A stretch of DNA of 62,776 nt, counting the filler, from Basidiobolus meristosporus CBS 931.73 (Eukaryota; Fungi; Basidiobolomycota), in assembly GCA_002104905.1 (NCBI GenBank). It is 4 parts of 4 records of this genome, joined end to end, with 100 filler letters (N's around TTAATTAATTAA, not from the genome) between each part and the next. Parts side by side here need not be neighbours in the genome. Positions count along the whole stretch, not along the records: positions 51,149 to 62,776 come from MCFE01001270.1; 3 more parts are not named here. The stretch is one strand, 5' to 3'. The translations under genes were made by a program, and so were the position numbers. The notes beneath the pieces are model-generated. The model had not been told where the DNA came from, made no database searches, and saw only the letters and a list, made by a program, of their open reading frames with translations. This document shows, piece after piece, positions 59,936-62,776 of the stretch (positions within the stretch are counted from its first letter, which is position 1; every line of letters begins with the position of its first letter).

Positions 59936-61143
59936 TCACCCGGATTTGATCAGGAATTCTGCCACCTCTTTCAAAGACTCCTCCAACGGAGCCAAGCTTA
60001 TCCCTAGCTCCTCCTGCACTCTTCGGTTTTCATAATGGAACTTCTTCTGCCTCTCCCCGGTGAGTTTCGTAGGGAGCGGATAAGTGGCGAATCGTGGGTC
60101 GCTGCCTAAGATTTGCGCCCAGTCCAGAAGCGTAGTGGAGTGCTCGCTTGACACTATGTATCTTCCTGAAGCGTTGGGATTCTCGAAGGCACGAATATGT
60201 GCCTCCACCACATCCTTGATATCGACGGTGCAAAGTTCGATGGAAGGAACTCCGCTCTCGTGGTAGCGGCCCTCAAGAAGGTCAATGAAGTGGACGATGC
60301 TCTCTGTTTCTGGATGGACTCCAACCGAAGGACCTAGAAATACCCGCGGTTTAGCTAAACAATGTGCCCCACCGACACTCCACTTTCTCCACTTACCAAT
60401 GATGCACGACGGGTTGATCGAAACCAAGCGAATCCTACTTTCGGCCACCAATCTCCAGGCCTCCTTCTCCGCGAGTGTTTTCCCAAACGAGTATGGGCTG
60501 ACCTCCCATGGAGGCGTCTTCATTCCAATCCTATGGTTTATTTTTCGAGGTTGAATCACTCGGCCCGAGCGTGTTAGACTCCTACGGGACACTTACTTTC
60601 TCGGAGAAAATGTAGTCCTCCGGCTTGAGTTGACTTTTGATGGCGGCCACAGAGCTGGTCATAACAACCGTAGTTACGGTTTTTGCTCCGGAGCGCCTCC
60701 TCTATAACGTTGCGAGTCCCCTGAACCGCCGGAACAACTAGTTGGGCTGTGCGGGTCGTCTACCGAGTATGAGGTATGCATGGGTGAGGCGACGTGGAAA
60801 ACGCACTCGCAGCCTAGCAACTATCAGTGGCTTACTTCAGTGCAAGGGTGGGCGACAACACATACCGTCCATGGCTTCTTTAAAGCTCCCTTCCGACAAC
60901 AAATCAGCTTCGAAGAGAGAGAGGTCGCCTTTGGAAGTCAACCTCTTCAGGGGCGATCTTGATCTGGTTATTCAACGAACGCACTGTAGATCGAACCCTG
61001 TATCCCCTCGATAGCAAATAACTCAATGAGTTTACTATGATTAACCAGGTGAGAAATCCCGAAAATACGATCAGACATGCCAAATCTCCTTTACCTAGCC
61101 AGATAGCCAGTACTCCGGTGACGCATACGGTCTTGTTCGACAT
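59936..61143 (-). CDS. NAD(P)-dependent epimerase/dehydratase (GRE2/aldehyde reductase II-like SDR); 4 introns, about 6 homopolymer frameshifts
   Basis: After correction: TGGTGYLA Rossmann motif, RGYRVRSTVR, VFHVASP, PAVQGTRNV, MTSSVAAI, PYSFGKTLAEKEAW, INPS..IGP, VDIKDVVEAHI. First intron at 61035-61094. Confidence 0.85.
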
Positions 61144-61621
61144 CTTGCAATTATTGCTCGTAATAAGCCAGTCTATCCTCAGTATTAATATTCCTTGGCT
61201 TGTGTAACCGGACCCAACCGTAACCTGCTCCACGACCAATTGCACTCTGCCAAGGCTCGCACCAATCGGGAGCAACATTCGAGTGATAAATTGGAATGGT
61301 GATCGTGCCACATCTCATGTTTCGCTTCCTTCGGGATGTGGAAGAGTCTGGACCACACTAGGGCATTGGTCGTATAATATAAAGTATATGCAGGCACTAT
61401 TGTTTCACAGGGTCATGAGCCTAGCCAGCTGTATAAAACAAAGTGCTAGATATGCTGCCGCTTTTATTTCCGTCGGTTTTACATTTGAAATGGTCTATTA
61501 TTACAAGTGATGGTTGTAGGGGGCGGATGTGGTGGAAGCACATTCCATGTATCGAAGGAATGTGTGGAGGTAGTTACGAATATTATGTGCCATGAAAATC
61601 ATCTATCGAAAGCTAACCAAA

Positions 61622-62776
61622 TCATTTAAGCCACTTGACATACCCTTTTAGTAACACTCGCTCACCGTTTCCAAGATTGGTGTCTTTTTCTAAACTGAAT
61701 AAGGCATCACGTACTGTCACCTTCCGGGATGTGGTTTGTGCACTTGTGGATGGATGGGTGATTTACCGTCGAAGGCGGTAGAACAAGGCGAGACTTCGAA
61801 CCTGGCTTAGGGGTAGAGCCATGTGAGGCTCCTCCTGATTTTACTGCAGCCTTCGATGAGTGTGGTAGCGGTTTCTGTACAGGAGCGAAACGAGAACTGC
61901 TCGGGTTATTTGGGAGTGCCGAGGAGGTGCCTGATCCAGAGGCTGGTGGATTGCCAATAGGTTTGCTGGATTTCGGCGTACTTGTCGCAGATTTAGCTGA
62001 ACCAGAACCGGTTGGCTCTGCGAGCATCCAACTTCTTCGTACACCACCAGCAATGAGTAGGGCCGTTGTATTCGCATCGTTCATGTTTCGGGCAGCCCCC
62101 GGAAGATCCAAACCATCCTTACGCCGAACCTTCTTGGACTTTTGCATATCTCCGGACTCCTCCTTATTTTCTGCTTTCGCATTCTCTTCAGCCAACCGCC
62201 TCTCGCGCTCGGCCAATATCCTCTTGCGCTTACACTCATCTTCTCGGCTAACTCGCTCCAGTGAAAGCAGCTGCTTCTTGACATCATCGGATACAACTAT
62301 CTTATACAACGGAATATTCGTATCTTCTTGAATGGGCGGAGGTGCCAAATGATGTGACCTAACTCTATGCTTGCTCGCCACTATCATTTGTTCTACCAAA
62401 GATTTCAATCGATCTTGTGTGGCAAGTGCCAAATAAACCAGAAAATCTGGATCGATATTGGGAATATGGTATGGCTTGGCGATTTTGTCGACCATCGACT
62501 TCAACACCCTCAAGCTGAGGAAGTCCTGAGTTTTCGACTGATCAACAATGTCCACCGCCCTGTTCTTGTCCATGATTTCGCTTTGCCTCATGATATTGTC
62601 GGACTCCTCCTTAAGATCTACACCCACATACCCCATAACATCTGTGAGTGTATCAAAGTCCACCTTATTGTCTTTCATAGGCGAGGCTTGGACCGGCGTG
62701 GAAGGTCTGCTAATTGCGGCAACCGCTGCGGGTCTAACTGACACGGTCGGTAGCGTAGGACTTGCCGTGGATGGAC
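61622..62776 (-). CDS. TAF4: TFIID subunit TAF4, 3' part (5' end beyond window), with one C-run frameshift near 61727-61757
   Basis: Histone-fold region DTLTDVMGYVGVDLKEESDNI...LALATQDRLKSLVEQMIVASKHR and ANTTALLIAGG. The conserved C-terminus RKVTVRDALFSLEKD...LLKGYVKWLK* lies in the adjacent frame. Confidence 0.9.

Overview
Eukaryotic, intron-containing fungal DNA, probably from an early-diverging lineage. This is an inference from the CBM19 protein, the short GT-AG introns and the gene set; a Basidiobolus-like zoopagomycete is plausible but unproven. Three 100-bp artificial scaffold spacers (N44-TTAATTAATTAA-N44) interrupt the window. Layout: (1) 0-11.7 kb is a tandemly duplicated birth-and-death cluster of at least 8 small secreted-protein genes or pseudogenes built from shared modules (signal peptide, C-x6-CYQ, acidic tract, a NQ[FY]DQxQxxDQTL[YF]QP core, variable cationic tail). 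It also holds a tRNA-Leu(CAG) and a decayed bacterial-type solute-binding-protein gene. (2) An Hsp31-like DJ-1/PfpI gene. (3) Two nests of Ty1/copia LTR retrotransposons (14.3-22.3 kb and 38.6-53.6 kb) with ~350-bp LTRs, 5-bp TSDs and a Ty5/hemivirus-type half-tRNAiMet PBS. (4) A mucin-like CBM19 protein, a duplicated aquaglyceroporin and an orphan ORF. (5) A conserved block at 54.8-62.8 kb (Xbp1-type APSES factor, OSCA/TMEM63 channel, GRE2-like reductase, TAF4) carrying about 11 single-base homopolymer frameshifts that are most likely assembly errors. The best candidate for an undescribed system is the secreted family, whose conserved acidic pro-like region plus hypervariable cationic C-terminus resembles a peptide-precursor or surface-protein repertoire.
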